DNA from: Thermoproteus sp.
Lineage (GTDB): Archaea; Thermoproteota; Thermoprotei; Thermoproteales; Thermoproteaceae
Assembly: GCA_049976425.1 (NCBI GenBank)
Contig: JBMFIG010000010.1
Coordinates: 1-48,336, forward strand
Length of the DNA: 48,336 nt
Direction of reading: 5' to 3'
The notes under the pieces were generated by a model, which saw only the letters and a program-made list of their open reading frames with translations, was not told the DNA's origin and made no database searches. A program made the position numbers and the translations under genes. Positions 47,703-48,336 of this stretch are shown here, piece by piece; position 1 is the stretch's first letter; every line of letters starts with the position of its first letter.

Positions 47703-48335
47703 CTATTTGAATATATAAAACGCTTTCGGCTTTTCGCCGGGCTTGAGTGGCAGTAGCAATACGCCGAGCGTCAACAGCGCTGTGTAGGCGAGCACCGAGC
47801 CGACAGCTATCTCTATCTGCGAGAGGGTGGGGGTATAGTGGACGGAGCCTACGCCGGCCCAGCCGCCGAGGCTGTAGGATATGTGGGCCGCCTGGGGCTC
47901 TATTAGGAGATCGTACTTGTCCACGAAGCCCGCCGCCACCACGAGCACGGCGGCCGCCAGCGCCAGGGGCAGGCTCTTCCTGTAGTAGGCCAGGGCTGCG
48001 AGCGCGAACGGCACGGCCAACAGCAGGCCTATCTCGAATATGTAGAAGTTGGGGCTGGAGACTATCAGCTTGTAGCCCTCCCAGGCGGCTGGGTTGTACC
48101 AGGAGCTTATCACCATCCAGCCTTTTATGAAGGCCAGCACGGGCAGGGCTATCATGAGCACTCTGCCGTAGTATCTGGCTACGAAGTCCTTGACGCCTAG
48201 GCTCCCCGCAAACGCCGATATGAACAAGGCCTGCCCGGCCGCGCCTATGGCTATCGCGCTGGCTATGAAGTACAGCGCCATGTGGGGCCCGTACCACGCC
48301 GGCTCGGCGGCCACGTTGCCGAAGACCTGCCCGAG
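47703..48335 (-). CDS. NrfD/PsrC-type membrane anchor of a molybdopterin oxidoreductase (partial, 5' end outside window)
   Basis: 'G.VFG....PAWYG...LYFIASA', 'FYIFEIGLLLAVP' and 'KYDLLI..Q'; the frame is open to the window edge. Confidence 0.75.
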   Translation of the reverse strand, partial: LGQVFGNVAAEPAWYGPHMALYFIASAIAIGAAGQALFISAFAGSLGVKDFVARYYGRVLMIALPVLAFIKGWMVISSWYNPAAWEGYKLIVSSPNFYIFEIGLLLAVPFALAALAYYRKSLPLALAAAVLVVAAGFVDKYDLLIEPQAAHISYSLGGWAGVGSVHYTPTLSQIEIAVGSVLAYTALLTLGVLLLPLKPGEKPKAFYIFK

Positions 48336-48336
48336 G

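Overview
A GC-rich, gene-dense archaeal chromosome segment from a Thermoproteales crenarchaeon, most likely Thermoproteus or Pyrobaculum. This assignment is inferred from PolB1, rps25e, rps26e, a tRNA with two introns, and many GTG starts about 25 nt after a TATA box. Most of the window is housekeeping: tbp, hjc, polB1, proS, trmI, a trmY-like gene, rbkR/ribK, geranylgeranyl reductase, the mevalonate cluster (thiolase-like/DUF35/HMGS divergent from hmgA), an O-phosphoserine sulfhydrylase-type cysteine synthase, a full oligopeptide ABC operon, argF and a partial NrfD/PsrC gene. It also holds two toxin-antitoxin-like pairs, a transporter gene with three frameshifts and a truncated livF. No CRISPR array, transposase, integrase or rRNA was seen. 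The strongest oddities are: (1) the mevalonate-operon thiolase has lost its catalytic Cys and His; (2) one intact ORF next to the tRNA switches abruptly from about 63% to about 21% GC; (3) a 200-nt nested inverted-repeat element lies just 3' of the tRNA; (4) a DsbA-like protein may be circularly permuted; (5) a low-GC Roadblock/profilin-like gene sits divergent from polB1; (6) there is a PurM-fold/DsrE/TusA/GNAT/cysteine synthase sulfur-relay-like neighbourhood. All family calls come from motif recognition by eye, with no database searches.
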